Shown here piece after piece: positions 35,591 through 44,647 of a DNA stretch of 63,751 nt. The first letter of the stretch is position 1; every line of letters begins with the position of its first letter. Origin of the DNA: Candidatus Micrarchaeum sp. (lineage in GTDB: Archaea; SpSt-1190; DYHY01); assembly GCA_020723935.1 (NCBI GenBank), contig DYHY01000001.1, positions 51,265 through 115,015 of the forward strand. Direction: 5' to 3'. The notes under the pieces were generated by a model. That model did no database searches. It was not told the DNA's origin and worked only from the letters and a program-made list of their open reading frames with translations. The translations under genes and the position numbers were made by a program.

Positions 35591-36361
35591 ATGGCTGATT
35601 CATCTGATCCTCCGGCGGCGGCTCGATCCGCGCCCGGCATCGGGATAGATTTCGTCGAGCTCGCCCTCTCGGAGCTGGAGAAATGGGACTCGCAGCTCGT
35701 GGAGCTCGTGAAGGAGTCCAAGATCAACCCCTGGGACATCGACATAACGGTCCTCACGTCCCGCTACCTCGAGCGCATAAGCGCGATGCAGCGCCTGGAC
35801 TTCCGCATCCCCGCCAAGGCGCTGATAACCGCCGCCGTCCTCCTCAAGCTCAAGAGCGAGAAGCTCTTTGCCGAGGAGCGGGTGAGGACGGAGCGCGAGG
35901 CGCGGGCGGAGGAGAGCGTCATCCCGATAAACATGCTCAAGGTCCCCGACCTCTTCCCGGTGAGGCGCATCGTCGAGAGGAAGATAACGATCGTCGAGCT
36001 CGTCGACGCCCTGAGGGGCGCCTTCGAGGTCGAGAAGAGGAAGCTCCTCCGGAAGAAGAGGATCGGGCAGATAGTCAAGATCGACACGACCAACATCGAG
36101 CGCGTTATGCAGGACCTGCGCGTCGTCCTCGACGACCTCTTCTACGCGCGTGAGACGATAGAGCTCTCGGATCTCGTGAAATACAAGGAGTTCTCGCTCC
36201 TCTTCATAACGATCCTCTACCTCGCGCACCGCGGGGAGATAGACCTAGAGCAGGAGGACTGGAACGGGCCTGTCAAGATACGCCGGCATCTGATCATCGC
36301 GGAGGAGGCGCGCGGGCAGGATGGCGCAGGAAGCCAAGCAGCCGCAGCAGCCGACGCGTAA
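35591..36361 (+). CDS. scpA: Segregation and condensation protein A (kleisin ScpA)
   Basis: ...INPWDIDITVLTSRYLERISAMQRLDFRIPAKALITAAVLLKLKSEKL matches the ScpA N-terminal signature. Confidence 0.8.
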   Translation: MADSSDPPAAARSAPGIGIDFVELALSELEKWDSQLVELVKESKINPWDIDITVLTSRYLERISAMQRLDFRIPAKALITAAVLLKLKSEKLFAEERVRTEREARAEESVIPINMLKVPDLFPVRRIVERKITIVELVDALRGAFEVEKRKLLRKKRIGQIVKIDTTNIERVMQDLRVVLDDLFYARETIELSDLVKYKEFSLLFITILYLAHRGEIDLEQEDWNGPVKIRRHLIIAEEARGQDGAGSQAAAAADA

Positions 36362-37145
36362 GGCCGAGGACGGGAAGGCCAAGCCCCCTGAGGGGACGGC
36401 GAGGCCCGCAGTCGACCTCCACAGGAAGCTTGCGGAGGCGGCGCTCTTCATGGCCGGCCGCGCCCTCACGGTAAAGGAGCTCCTGCGCGCGGTCCCGGGG
36501 ATAACGCCCGCGAGGGCGAGGAACGCCCTCGAGGACCTGGCCTCCTCGGCCAATCCCGAGAGCGCCCTGGAGATCGTCCGCGAGGGGGGCGAGGCGGGGG
36601 AGTCTTACAAGATGAAGGTGAAGGACGAGTTCCTCTCCCAGGTGCGGCGCCTCTCCAACGTCACGGACCTCTCGGACGGAGAGACGAAGACCCTCGCGGT
36701 CATCGCGTTCTACCAGCCGATAAAGCAGAGCGAGATAGTCAAGATCCGCGGCAACCGCGCCTATGAGCAGGTGAGAAACCTCGCCGAGGGCGGCCTCATA
36801 GTCGCCGAGTCGCGCGGGGTGACGAAGATCCTGACGACGACCGACAGGTTCAAGGACTATTTCGGCGAGCCCATCACGGCGCTGCGAGACAAGCTGGACC
36901 CGCGCGACAAGGCGATAATCGACGGGGAGCTCTCGCGCGTCTCGGCGGAGGTGGCGCGCGAGGAGGAAAGGGAAAGGGGACGGGCCGGGAAGGCTCCGGC
37001 CGCTCCGGCTTCTGCGGCCAAGGAAGAGGGAGGGAAGGGCCCGCCTCCTGCCGGGGAAAGCGAATCCGAAGAGGATGAGGGCGCAGGCGACCCGGCGGAA
37101 GGAGAAGATGGGGGGGAAATTGAGGAGGAAGATGAGGAGAAATGA
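36321..37145 (+). CDS. scpB: Segregation and condensation protein B (ScpB) with an acidic C-terminal tail
   Basis: AALFMAGRALTVKEL and TLAVIAFYQPIKQSEIVKIRG indicate tandem winged helices. Overlaps scpA by 41 nt. Confidence 0.8.
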   Translation: MAQEAKQPQQPTRKAEDGKAKPPEGTARPAVDLHRKLAEAALFMAGRALTVKELLRAVPGITPARARNALEDLASSANPESALEIVREGGEAGESYKMKVKDEFLSQVRRLSNVTDLSDGETKTLAVIAFYQPIKQSEIVKIRGNRAYEQVRNLAEGGLIVAESRGVTKILTTTDRFKDYFGEPITALRDKLDPRDKAIIDGELSRVSAEVAREEERERGRAGKAPAAPASAAKEEGGKGPPPAGESESEEDEGAGDPAEGEDGGEIEEEDEEK

Positions 37146-38092
37146 ACAGCCTCGACTTCTTCCTCGCGTGCGAATGGCTTTCGAAGAACCTTCCCGGCTC
37201 GCGCGTGCAGAAGGGGATATGGATTTCCGAGGAGATGGGAGCGGTCGCCCTCGAGCTCTATTCGCAGACCCTGGGCGGGAAGAGGATACTCCTCGCCGCG
37301 AAAGGGACACTGGGCTTCCTGGAGGGCAAGCCCGCGGAAGGGATGAGAACGTGGACCGCGGGGCGCGCGCTCCTCGGGGGGAGGATAGTCGGGAGGTGCG
37401 GCCAGACGGGCTTCGACAGGATCCTGCGCGCGGACTTTACCGACGGCACCTCGCTCGTCGCGGAGGTCTTCGACGGCAATCTCCTCGTCCTGAAGGACGG
37501 GGTGATAAGATACTGCGCCAACCAGCGCGAATGGTCGGGAAGGAAGCTCCTCCTAGGCGAGAAATACCTTCCTCCCAGGGGCCCGGCAAAGTCGCCCGGG
37601 GAGCTCTCCGCAGCTGACATGGCGGGAAGGGATGTCCCCCTGGGGAGGCTCCTTGCGGTCGAGCTCGGCTTCGGGCCGGAGGTTTCCGGGGTCATATGCG
37701 AGGGGGCGCATGTCGCAAAGGACGGGGTGCGCCTTTCGGGCGCAGAGGCGCAGGCAGTCGTCTCGGAGATATCACGGCTCTTCTCGCGCCCGCCCGGCTC
37801 TCCCCCGGCAGCAGTCCCGGCGGCCGGCGGCGGAGGGGGCGCGGCGGAAAGGACGGCCGCCGAGAGGGAGAAGCGAAAGAGGGAGAAGGTGGAGCGCTCC
37901 ATCGCGGAGTCCGAGAAGGAGGCAGCGAGGCTCGCCGCCGCCGGGGAGGCGATACTTTCGAACCTTCAGGCGGTCGATTCCGCGATAGCGTCCGCGCGCG
38001 CCGGCGCGTGGAAGCCAGGGGGGATCGTCAAGGCTGTCAGGAAGGTGGAAGGGAAACTGGTCCTGGCGCTTCCCAAGGAGCCAAATAGATAA
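37142..38092 (+). CDS. NFACT-N-like (Rqc2/FbpA N-terminal domain) protein
   Basis: The N-terminus MNSLDFFLACEWLSKNLPGSRVQK...ALELYS resembles NFACT-N. The C-terminus is coiled-coil. It is shorter than full-length NFACT proteins. Confidence 0.45.
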   Translation: MNSLDFFLACEWLSKNLPGSRVQKGIWISEEMGAVALELYSQTLGGKRILLAAKGTLGFLEGKPAEGMRTWTAGRALLGGRIVGRCGQTGFDRILRADFTDGTSLVAEVFDGNLLVLKDGVIRYCANQREWSGRKLLLGEKYLPPRGPAKSPGELSAADMAGRDVPLGRLLAVELGFGPEVSGVICEGAHVAKDGVRLSGAEAQAVVSEISRLFSRPPGSPPAAVPAAGGGGGAAERTAAEREKRKREKVERSIAESEKEAARLAAAGEAILSNLQAVDSAIASARAGAWKPGGIVKAVRKVEGKLVLALPKEPNR

Positions 38093-38117
38093 AAAGCGGG
38101 GCGTGAGGGGTCCCCGC

Positions 38118-39422
38118 ATGATGATGGAAGACCAGCCCATCGAGCACAGATACTACAGCAGGTTCATTGGCCCCATTTCGCGTGAGGCGACGTACCACTG
38201 GCGCGCCATAATGGTGCTCTCGCTCATCCTCCTCGTGGGCGGCATCTTCGCGGTGTCGGATCCCATCTACAGGACGCAGGGCGGGAAGGCTGTCACTCTC
38301 TTCTTCACAATACTCTTCGGCCTCGCGGTGCTCCTCACTGTGATGCTCAGGAGCTTCAGGAAGGCGTCCACCGTCCTCTATCCGGCGGTCCTCGCGGCCT
38401 CGCTCGTCCCGGCCCTGGCCTGGCTCCTCAAGGAGACAATATCTCCCCTCGAGGGAATCTACGCGTCCATCGTCCTCGCCACGGCCGCCGGTGTGAACTA
38501 CAGCCTCGTGAAGAAGTACATTGACGAGAGGCGCAAGCCCGCGACGGCAATGACGAGCGTCTTTGACTCGTTCTCAAAGCTCAGCAAGACGGTCGCAGGG
38601 GTCTACATCCTGGAGACGTTCACGTTCCTCGCGATTGCGGCGTTCACCGCCGAGATCACGGGGCTCCTTGGGATCTACGTCGCGGCGGGCCTCGTCGCCG
38701 CCCTGATGTGCACGATACTCGTCCTCCCCGCAAGCCTCTTCCTCTACGAGCACACGATGTCCTCGCGGGCGCTCACGGAGAAGGAGTCCAAGGTCCTAGG
38801 CTACACCCGCTCGTTCGGCGCGCACAAGAAGCACCATCCGATAGTCGCCGGGTGGCTCGGGATAGCTGTCTCGGAGGTGGAGACGGCGGTCGAAAGCCTC
38901 AAGGCCAAGGGCTTCCTCGGGAGCCATTTCTTCGCGATAGACGATCCCCTAGTGTGGTTCCTGCTCTTCGGGACTTACGTCCTCGGAGCCCTCTTCAGCC
39001 TGACCGCGCTCCCATCGGCCGTCTCGGTCTGGTACGACCTGGGCCTCGCGTTCCTCGTGACGGTGGGGATATGCCTCCTCTCGCCCCAGGCCCTGCAGGG
39101 GATACCCAAGTCCCTCAGGCGCTTCCTCGGCGTCCTCATAATAGGGATCACGCTCGTCCTCGCGGTAAGGACGTCCGTCCTCCTCACGGAGATAATCGCG
39201 ACGCTCCTCGTCCTCGGGATAATATCGCTCTACTTCGGCTCGAGCGGCGCGTGGCTCGTCGGGAACGTGGCAGTCTCGATATACTTCGCCCTGATCTTCC
39301 TGCTCGGGTGGCTGCAGTTCGACACCCTCTCCGCGCTCCCGAAGCTGTGGACCGTGGGGATAGGCGCCGTCCTGTTCCTCATGCAAATGGTTATGGAGGA
39401 AGAGGCTTACATCACCCTTTAG
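38118..39422 (+). CDS. Polytopic membrane protein with a central soluble winged-helix-like insert
   Basis: Multiple TM helices flank ...HPIVAGWLGIAVSEVETAVESLKAKGFLG. An alternative GTG start lies at 38103. Confidence 0.45.
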   Translation: MMMEDQPIEHRYYSRFIGPISREATYHWRAIMVLSLILLVGGIFAVSDPIYRTQGGKAVTLFFTILFGLAVLLTVMLRSFRKASTVLYPAVLAASLVPALAWLLKETISPLEGIYASIVLATAAGVNYSLVKKYIDERRKPATAMTSVFDSFSKLSKTVAGVYILETFTFLAIAAFTAEITGLLGIYVAAGLVAALMCTILVLPASLFLYEHTMSSRALTEKESKVLGYTRSFGAHKKHHPIVAGWLGIAVSEVETAVESLKAKGFLGSHFFAIDDPLVWFLLFGTYVLGALFSLTALPSAVSVWYDLGLAFLVTVGICLLSPQALQGIPKSLRRFLGVLIIGITLVLAVRTSVLLTEIIATLLVLGIISLYFGSSGAWLVGNVAVSIYFALIFLLGWLQFDTLSALPKLWTVGIGAVLFLMQMVMEEEAYITL

Positions 39423-40044
39423 GGGCGCGCAGGCGGCGAACCGACCTGATCTTCGCCGCGGCAGGGAACTCCTGGTAGCGGGCTTCCTCCGAATAGTGCC
39501 TCGCCCCCCTGACGAGGAGGAACTCCACCGGGCAGCCGCATGCGCGCACGAGCATCCGCGAGAACCTCCAGTCCTCCGTCGTGTCCCCGAAGAAGACGGC
39601 CGACGAGGGTTTGAGCCTCCTTGCGATCATCCTCGCGCCGGCCGGATCCTTGCGAAAGCCCGGCGTCTCGAAGGAGAACCAGCCCGCTGGGACGAGGCCG
39701 AACCTCGCGAGCTTCGGGGCCTGGAACTTCCTGAACGCGCTCGTGACGACAAACACGCGGTTCTTGCGCATCAGCTCCCGCGCGCCGGGCATCAGGCGGA
39801 GGCTCGCCGAGAACCTCCTGACGAGCGGCGCGTAGCGCGGGAGGCCGAGGGAAGAGAGGGCGACGTCGTAGTCGGGGTCCTTCCCCGGCGAGAAGAAGAT
39901 GCCTGAGACAATCCTCCTCGCGCGGGCGCGCGATATCCCCTTGGCTACGAGACGCGAGACGAGGAGCCTCTCTACCTTCCTATGCGCAGCTATCTGGTCG
40001 ACGAGCGTCCCGTCTATGTCGGAGAGTATTATCCGCCCGCCCAA
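39412..40044 (-). CDS. HAD-superfamily hydrolase
   Basis: Motif I LSDIDGTLVD is present. 210 aa, TGA stop. Confidence 0.7.
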   Translation of the reverse strand: MGGRIILSDIDGTLVDQIAAHRKVERLLVSRLVAKGISRARARRIVSGIFFSPGKDPDYDVALSSLGLPRYAPLVRRFSASLRLMPGARELMRKNRVFVVTSAFRKFQAPKLARFGLVPAGWFSFETPGFRKDPAGARMIARRLKPSSAVFFGDTTEDWRFSRMLVRACGCPVEFLLVRGARHYSEEARYQEFPAAAKIRSVRRLRAPKG

Positions 40045-40050
40045 AGGGTA

Positions 40051-40416
40051 TCAGCCGAACATCCTCATCGAGCTTGCGGCGGTCGATCCCGCCGCCGCGG
40101 AGGCGCCCGCGCCCTTCTTCTGCTGGGGCTCCTTGCTCTGCTCGCCGGGGAGCTCTATCTTCCTCACCTTCTTCTCGAAGTCCTTGACGAGGTTGTCGAG
40201 CCAGTTCCGGAGCTCCTTTGCCGCTATCGGCGAGAGCGTGACCTCCACCTTGGCCTCGGGCTGGAACCGCCCCGCATCGAAGAAGAGGATCCTGAAATCG
40301 TAGGGTGTGAAGCCCCCCGCGGCGCCTATTGCATAGACCTTCTGGAGGCTCTCGGGTATCTTCATCTCGCGTGAGGAGGCGCGGCCGGGCGCGGCCGCCT
40401 GGTTCTGGTTTTCCAT
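40051..40416 (-). CDS. Small conserved hypothetical protein (DUF3467-like)
   Basis: VYAIGAAGGFTPYDFRILFF resembles the DUF3467 core. A TATA-like gtttaaaaac lies 22 nt upstream. Confidence 0.4.
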   Translation of the reverse strand: MENQNQAAAPGRASSREMKIPESLQKVYAIGAAGGFTPYDFRILFFDAGRFQPEAKVEVTLSPIAAKELRNWLDNLVKDFEKKVRKIELPGEQSKEPQQKKGAGASAAAGSTAASSMRMFG

Positions 40417-40552
40417 GCGCCGAGGGGGCCGGATAAGTTTAAAAACAGTGCCTTCCGGCTCCCGATGCCCACTTTCTCAGGCGGCACATATGCGGCTTAG
40501 TTGGCCCAATATGGCGCCGGAGGAGGGCGGGGCGAGAGGAGAGAATCACACG

Positions 40553-41230
40553 ATGGCACAGGATGGCGAGGGCGCGATAAGGAAGGGAGAATTCGTATCG
40601 GTGAGCTACACGGGCCGCGTCGTGGACACCAAGGAGATCTTCGACCTCACGGACGAGGCGGCCGCGAAGGAGGCGGGCCTCTTCAGCGAGAGCGTGATAT
40701 ACGGCCCGATGGTCGTCGCGGTGGGCGAGGGCCAGATGCTGGCGGGCCTGGAGGAAGCCGTCGTCAGGATGGCTCCCGGCGAGAGGAAGACCGTGACTCT
40801 TACGCCCGAGCACGCCTTCGGGCAGAGGGATCCTGGGAAGGTCCAGACGGTGCCCGAGAAGGCGTTCCGTGACAGGGTCCCGAAGCCCGGGATTGTCCTC
40901 AACATCGACGGCCTCCTCGGGAAGGTCCAGTCCGCGAGCGCCGGGCGCGTCATGATCGACTTCAACCACCCCCTCGCGGGCAAGACGGTGGAATACGAGG
41001 TCACGCTCGAGAAGATCGTCACGGACCCCAAGGAGAAGTTCCTCGGGATCCTCCGCCTCCACTCCAGGAAGGGGCAAAACGACGCCGTGTCTTTCCCCTC
41101 CGAAGGCGAGGCGCTGGTCGCCCTCCCCGAGGCGCACCCGATGCCCCCAGAGGTCATGAAGAAGGTTGCCGGCGAAGCCAAGCGCCTGGTCCCGCAGATA
41201 AGAAGCGTTAAATTCGTATATTCGTTCTAG
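40553..41230 (+). CDS. FKBP-type peptidyl-prolyl isomerase (long archaeal/SlyD-like, with an IF insert)
   Basis: KGEFVSVSYTGRVVDTKEIFDLT, GEGQMLAGLEEAVVRMAPGE and IDFNHPLAGKTVEYEV are present. Alternative in-frame ATG starts lie at 40490 and 40511. Confidence 0.85.
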   Translation: MAQDGEGAIRKGEFVSVSYTGRVVDTKEIFDLTDEAAAKEAGLFSESVIYGPMVVAVGEGQMLAGLEEAVVRMAPGERKTVTLTPEHAFGQRDPGKVQTVPEKAFRDRVPKPGIVLNIDGLLGKVQSASAGRVMIDFNHPLAGKTVEYEVTLEKIVTDPKEKFLGILRLHSRKGQNDAVSFPSEGEALVALPEAHPMPPEVMKKVAGEAKRLVPQIRSVKFVYSF

Positions 41231-41236
41231 CCCGCC

Positions 41237-42406
41237 ATGATGAAGGGAATAATCCAGGCAGCGATCGGCAGGGCCGAGCAGCAGCAGCAAAAACAAGAGG
41301 GCGGCGGCGACCCGGACGAAACCCTCCTCAGCCACCGGGCAGTCATCAAGGTTGTGGGCTGCGGCGGGGCCGGGGGCAACAGCGTCGACAGGATGATGGA
41401 GGTCGGGATCCAGGGGACGGACACGATCGCCGTCAACACCGACGCGCAGGACCTCCTCAAAATAAAGGCAAACAGGAAGATACTCATAGGGAAGGAGGTC
41501 ACGGGGGGCCTGGGTGCCGGCGCGGACCCGGCCCTGGGCGAGCAGGCGGCGCGCGAGAACGAGCAGGACATCAGGGAATCCCTCTCCGGGGCGGACATGG
41601 TCTTCATAACGTGCGGCCTGGGCGGCGGCACCGGGACGGGGAGCGCTCCGGTCGTCGCGGAGATAGCGAAGAAGCTGGGCGCCCTGACAATAGGCGTCGT
41701 GACGCTGCCCTTCGAGATGGAGGGGCAGGGCAGGTGGACCAACGCGACCGGGGGCCTCACGAAGCTGGAAACGACCGTCGACACGCTGATAGTCATCCCC
41801 AACGACAAGCTCCTGCAAATAGTCCCAGACATCCCGATAGCGACCGCCTTCAAGGTCGCAGACGAGATACTTGTGAACGCCGTCAAGGGGATAGCGGAGC
41901 TGGTGACGCGCGCAGGCCTCATCAACCTGGATTTCGCCGACGTGCGCGCGATAATGAGGAACGGCGGCCTCGCGCTCATAGGCCTCGGCGAGAGCGACAC
42001 GGACAATCGGGCCGCGGAGTCGATACAGCGCGCGGTGAACAACCCGCTCCTGGACGTGGACATCACCGGCGCAAAGGGGGCCCTTGTCAACGTCATGGGC
42101 GGGCCGGACCTCACGCTTGAGGAGTCGCGCGAGATAGTCTCGGTCGTCTCGGAGAAGCTTGACCCGGACGCCAAAGTCATCTGGGGCGCGAGGGTTGAGG
42201 ACAACATGAAGGAGACGATAAAGGTGCTCCTGATAGTCACCGGGATACAGACTTCTCAGATACTCGCGCGCGGGAAGATCTTCGAGCAGAAGAGGAAGAG
42301 CAAGATGGAGAAGGAGCTCGGGATATCGTTCGTCGCCGGCGGGACGGGCGCGGGGAATAAGGAGGAGAAGAGCCTTGCTGAAGGAAAAATTAAGAGACTA
42401 TCTTAG
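41237..42406 (+). CDS. ftsZ: Cell division GTPase FtsZ
   Basis: VVGCGGAGGNSV, GGLGAGADP, CGLGGGTGTGSAPVVA and NDKLL are present. 389 aa, TAG stop. Confidence 0.95.
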   Translation: MMKGIIQAAIGRAEQQQQKQEGGGDPDETLLSHRAVIKVVGCGGAGGNSVDRMMEVGIQGTDTIAVNTDAQDLLKIKANRKILIGKEVTGGLGAGADPALGEQAARENEQDIRESLSGADMVFITCGLGGGTGTGSAPVVAEIAKKLGALTIGVVTLPFEMEGQGRWTNATGGLTKLETTVDTLIVIPNDKLLQIVPDIPIATAFKVADEILVNAVKGIAELVTRAGLINLDFADVRAIMRNGGLALIGLGESDTDNRAAESIQRAVNNPLLDVDITGAKGALVNVMGGPDLTLEESREIVSVVSEKLDPDAKVIWGARVEDNMKETIKVLLIVTGIQTSQILARGKIFEQKRKSKMEKELGISFVAGGTGAGNKEEKSLAEGKIKRLS

Positions 42407-42539
42407 GGTCCTGAAGGTCGCCAAGCGGCCGACCTGGAAGGAATACTGGCAGATAGCGAAGCTCACGGGCCTCGGGAGCGTGCTGATAGGCGCGATCGGC
42501 CTCATAATAACGCTCGTGTTCACGCTGGTCGGATTGTAG
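42375..42539 (+). CDS. secE: Preprotein translocase subunit SecE (Sec61-gamma), 54 aa. Not in the ORF track.
   Basis: Own translation: (TTG)LKEKLRDYLRVLKVAKRPTWKEYWQIAKLTGLGSVLIGAIGLIITLVFTLVGL*. It sits at the canonical position between ftsZ and spt5. The start is uncertain, with TTG 42375 overlapping the ftsZ 3' end. Confidence 0.7.
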   Translation: MLKEKLRDYLRVLKVAKRPTWKEYWQIAKLTGLGSVLIGAIGLIITLVFTLVGL

Positions 42540-42567
42540 GAAGAAGGGGAAAACGGTGAATTGAGAA

Positions 42568-43041
42568 ATGACGGTAATATACGCTGTAAGGACGACTGTG
42601 GGGCGCGAGGAAGGGGTCCTCGAGAAGATAGACGCCGTGATGGCGGCGGGCCACTACAAGGTGAAGGCGGTCCTCCTCCCGAAGGAAATCAAGGGCTACA
42701 TGCTCGTGGAGGCGGACAACGTCTCGGAGATCGAGAACGCGGTGCAGGGCATAAACCACGTGCGCGGGATAGTGCGCCAGCTCATTAAGATAGACGAGAT
42801 TAAGCGTTTCCTGGAATCCAAGCAGACGAAGGTGCAGATAGACAAGGGCGACATCGTTGAGATAGTCTCGGGGCCGTTCAAGGGCGAGAAGGCGAAGATA
42901 ACGCGCGTTGACTCGGGCAAGCGCGAGGTCACGATCGAGTTCCTGGAATCCGCGGTGGCGATCCCGGTGACGGTCGCCCTCGAGGCGGTGCGCGTGATCC
43001 AGCACCTGAACAAGTCCGACGAGGGGAAGACGCAGCAATAA
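42568..43041 (+). CDS. spt5: Transcription elongation factor Spt5 (NusG)
   Basis: NGN domain MTVIYAVRTTVGREE and KOW motif GDIVEIVSGPFKGEKAKI. TAA stop. Confidence 0.9.
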   Translation: MTVIYAVRTTVGREEGVLEKIDAVMAAGHYKVKAVLLPKEIKGYMLVEADNVSEIENAVQGINHVRGIVRQLIKIDEIKRFLESKQTKVQIDKGDIVEIVSGPFKGEKAKITRVDSGKREVTIEFLESAVAIPVTVALEAVRVIQHLNKSDEGKTQQ

Positions 43042-43048
43042 CGGCCCG

Positions 43049-43061
43049 TTTTCCTCTTTTT
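43049..43061 (+). terminator. Oligo-T tracts downstream of spt5
   Basis: tttt (43049-43052) and ttttt (43057-43061) directly follow the stop, matching archaeal intrinsic terminator style. Confidence 0.4.
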
Positions 43062-43101
43062 GGCCCTTATTTGTTTCGTCATTCAGTTTGGCTGTTGGTC
43101 T

Positions 43102-43116
43102 GTTCATTTTTATAAA
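43102..43116 (+). repeat. 15-mer gttcatttttataaa (copy 1), a promoter-like element
   Basis: Identical 15-mer occurs at 44633-44647. AT-rich in a GC-rich genome. Confidence 0.6.
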
Positions 43117-43333
43117 GTTCATCATTCGGACGTAGTAGAACTTTATTAAGCCTGAAAGCCCTAAATATCGGAGGTCAAAGCGCAAGTTCGATTCGAATCA
43201 GGACGTGATAATCACGAGGATCACCAATCCCGACAATCCCCTTCTCAAGCGGGCGCACTACAAGCTCAACAGGGACTTCTCGGTCGGGGACCATACAAGG
43301 GTGTAGTCGGGGGAGCTGGAAGGCAAAGCCAAG

Positions 43334-44044
43334 ATGCGCGAATACGTCGCGGAGGAATTGGAGAGCGGGGACAACGCGTATGTCTGGGTCGTCGCCCAGA
43401 GGAAAGGGGTGGACGGGCGCGCGGGGAACGTCGTGGGCACCGCGGTCTTCGAGCGCTATTCGGGTGCGGATTCGGCATCACGGGACGTGGACCTGTTCTC
43501 GTACGTGGGGGTCCAGGACGGGAAGCGCGACTACCGCCGCAAGGGCGTGGCTACCACCCTCGTCGACGCCGGGAAGAGGGAGCTTGCGGCGGCGGCGGCA
43601 GGCTCCGACGTGAACTCGTATTCCACTCATCTGGTGACCGAAGTCGAGCCGGTCTCCCGCGGCGAGACCGCGAACGGGATAAGCAAGGCGGGACGCGCCC
43701 GCTTCCACGAGAGGCTGGGCGAGAGGATCGTGGCGGTGAGGACGGGCGACGGAAGGCTCGTTGCTGCGCCCTATTTCATCCCGGACCAGAACAACCCTTC
43801 GAAGACGTACAAAATGGACTTCTACGAGGTGAACACAGGGGAGCTTCGCACCGTCGGCGACGTCAGGAGCGCGATAAGGACCGTCCATGAGAACGGGTAC
43901 GAGGGAATAAACAACACGGCAGTCAAGAGGAACGCCGTGGCGTACGGAGGCTTTGCGAAGAGCGCAGTGACCGACAGCTCGCCCATCAAGTGGGTGACGC
44001 CGACGGAGCTGTACGGAAAAAAGGTTTCCGAGGCGAAGAAGTAG
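43334..44044 (+). CDS. GNAT-family N-acetyltransferase-like protein. The coding-like N-terminal extension (43205-43303) is cut off by an in-frame TAG at 43304-43306.
   Basis: Motif A-like YRRKGVATTLVDAGKREL is present. Upstream in the same frame: VIITRITNPDNPLLKRAHYKLNRDFSVGDHTRV*SGELEGKAKM, plausibly the GNAT beta1-alpha1 region. Confidence 0.55.
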   Translation: MREYVAEELESGDNAYVWVVAQRKGVDGRAGNVVGTAVFERYSGADSASRDVDLFSYVGVQDGKRDYRRKGVATTLVDAGKRELAAAAAGSDVNSYSTHLVTEVEPVSRGETANGISKAGRARFHERLGERIVAVRTGDGRLVAAPYFIPDQNNPSKTYKMDFYEVNTGELRTVGDVRSAIRTVHENGYEGINNTAVKRNAVAYGGFAKSAVTDSSPIKWVTPTELYGKKVSEAKK

Positions 44045-44095
44045 GCAAGCCCCGTCCGAAGGCTCCGGAACCCCCAAGAAACCCTTAGGGAAACC

Positions 44096-44105
44096 AATAA
44101 AAAGC
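44096..44105 (+). promoter_or_regulatory. TATA-like box (aataaaaagc) for rpl11
   Basis: Lies 24 nt upstream of ATG 44129. Confidence 0.5.
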
Positions 44106-44128
44106 CGCGTTTTCGGGGCTTTCCCGCA

Positions 44129-44608
44129 ATGGCAACATCGAAAATCAGGCTTCTAGTTGATGCGGGAAAGGCTACCGCCGGACCGCCCCTCGGGCCGGCT
44201 CTCGCGCCCATGGGCGTCAACCCCGGGCAGGTCGTCGCGCAGATAAACACGCAGACCAAGCAGTACGACGGGATGACAGTCCCGGTGACGATAGTCGTCA
44301 ACACCTCCGACAAGAGCTTCGCCCTTGAGATAGGGATGCCTCCCACTAGCTCCTTCATCAAGAAGGCGATAGGGGTGGAGCTCGGCGCCAAGGGCGAGGC
44401 GGAGAAGGGCCAGGAGACTGTCGGGAACATCACGATGAAGCAGATCCACGAGCTCCTCGAGAAGAAGGAGACAGTCCTCCTCTTCAAGAACAAGAAGAAC
44501 GCGGTGAAGCAGTTCATCGGGACGTGCGTCTCGATGGGGGTCACTGTCGAGGGCCTGCCTGCAAAGAAGGCCTTGAAGAGCCTGGAAGACGGCTCGCTTT
44601 CACTCTAG
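44129..44608 (+). CDS. rpl11: Ribosomal protein uL11
   Basis: AGKATAGPPLGPALAPMGVN and PPTSSFIKKA are present. 159 aa, TAG stop. Confidence 0.95.
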   Translation: MATSKIRLLVDAGKATAGPPLGPALAPMGVNPGQVVAQINTQTKQYDGMTVPVTIVVNTSDKSFALEIGMPPTSSFIKKAIGVELGAKGEAEKGQETVGNITMKQIHELLEKKETVLLFKNKKNAVKQFIGTCVSMGVTVEGLPAKKALKSLEDGSLSL

Positions 44609-44632
44609 ACTGGGTGTCCTGCGTCGGGAAAG

Positions 44633-44647
44633 GTTCATTTTTATAAA
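44633..44647 (+). repeat. 15-mer gttcatttttataaa (copy 2)
   Basis: Identical to 43102-43116. Lies directly after the rpl11 stop. Confidence 0.6.

Noticed and set aside
43181-43200. tRNA-like T-loop sequence gttcgattcgaatc in the spt5-rpl11 spacer
   Set aside because: No flanking complementary T-stem, acceptor stem or anticodon arm could be drawn. The surrounding sequence is AT-rich, unlike the structured RNAs expected in a GC-rich archaeon.
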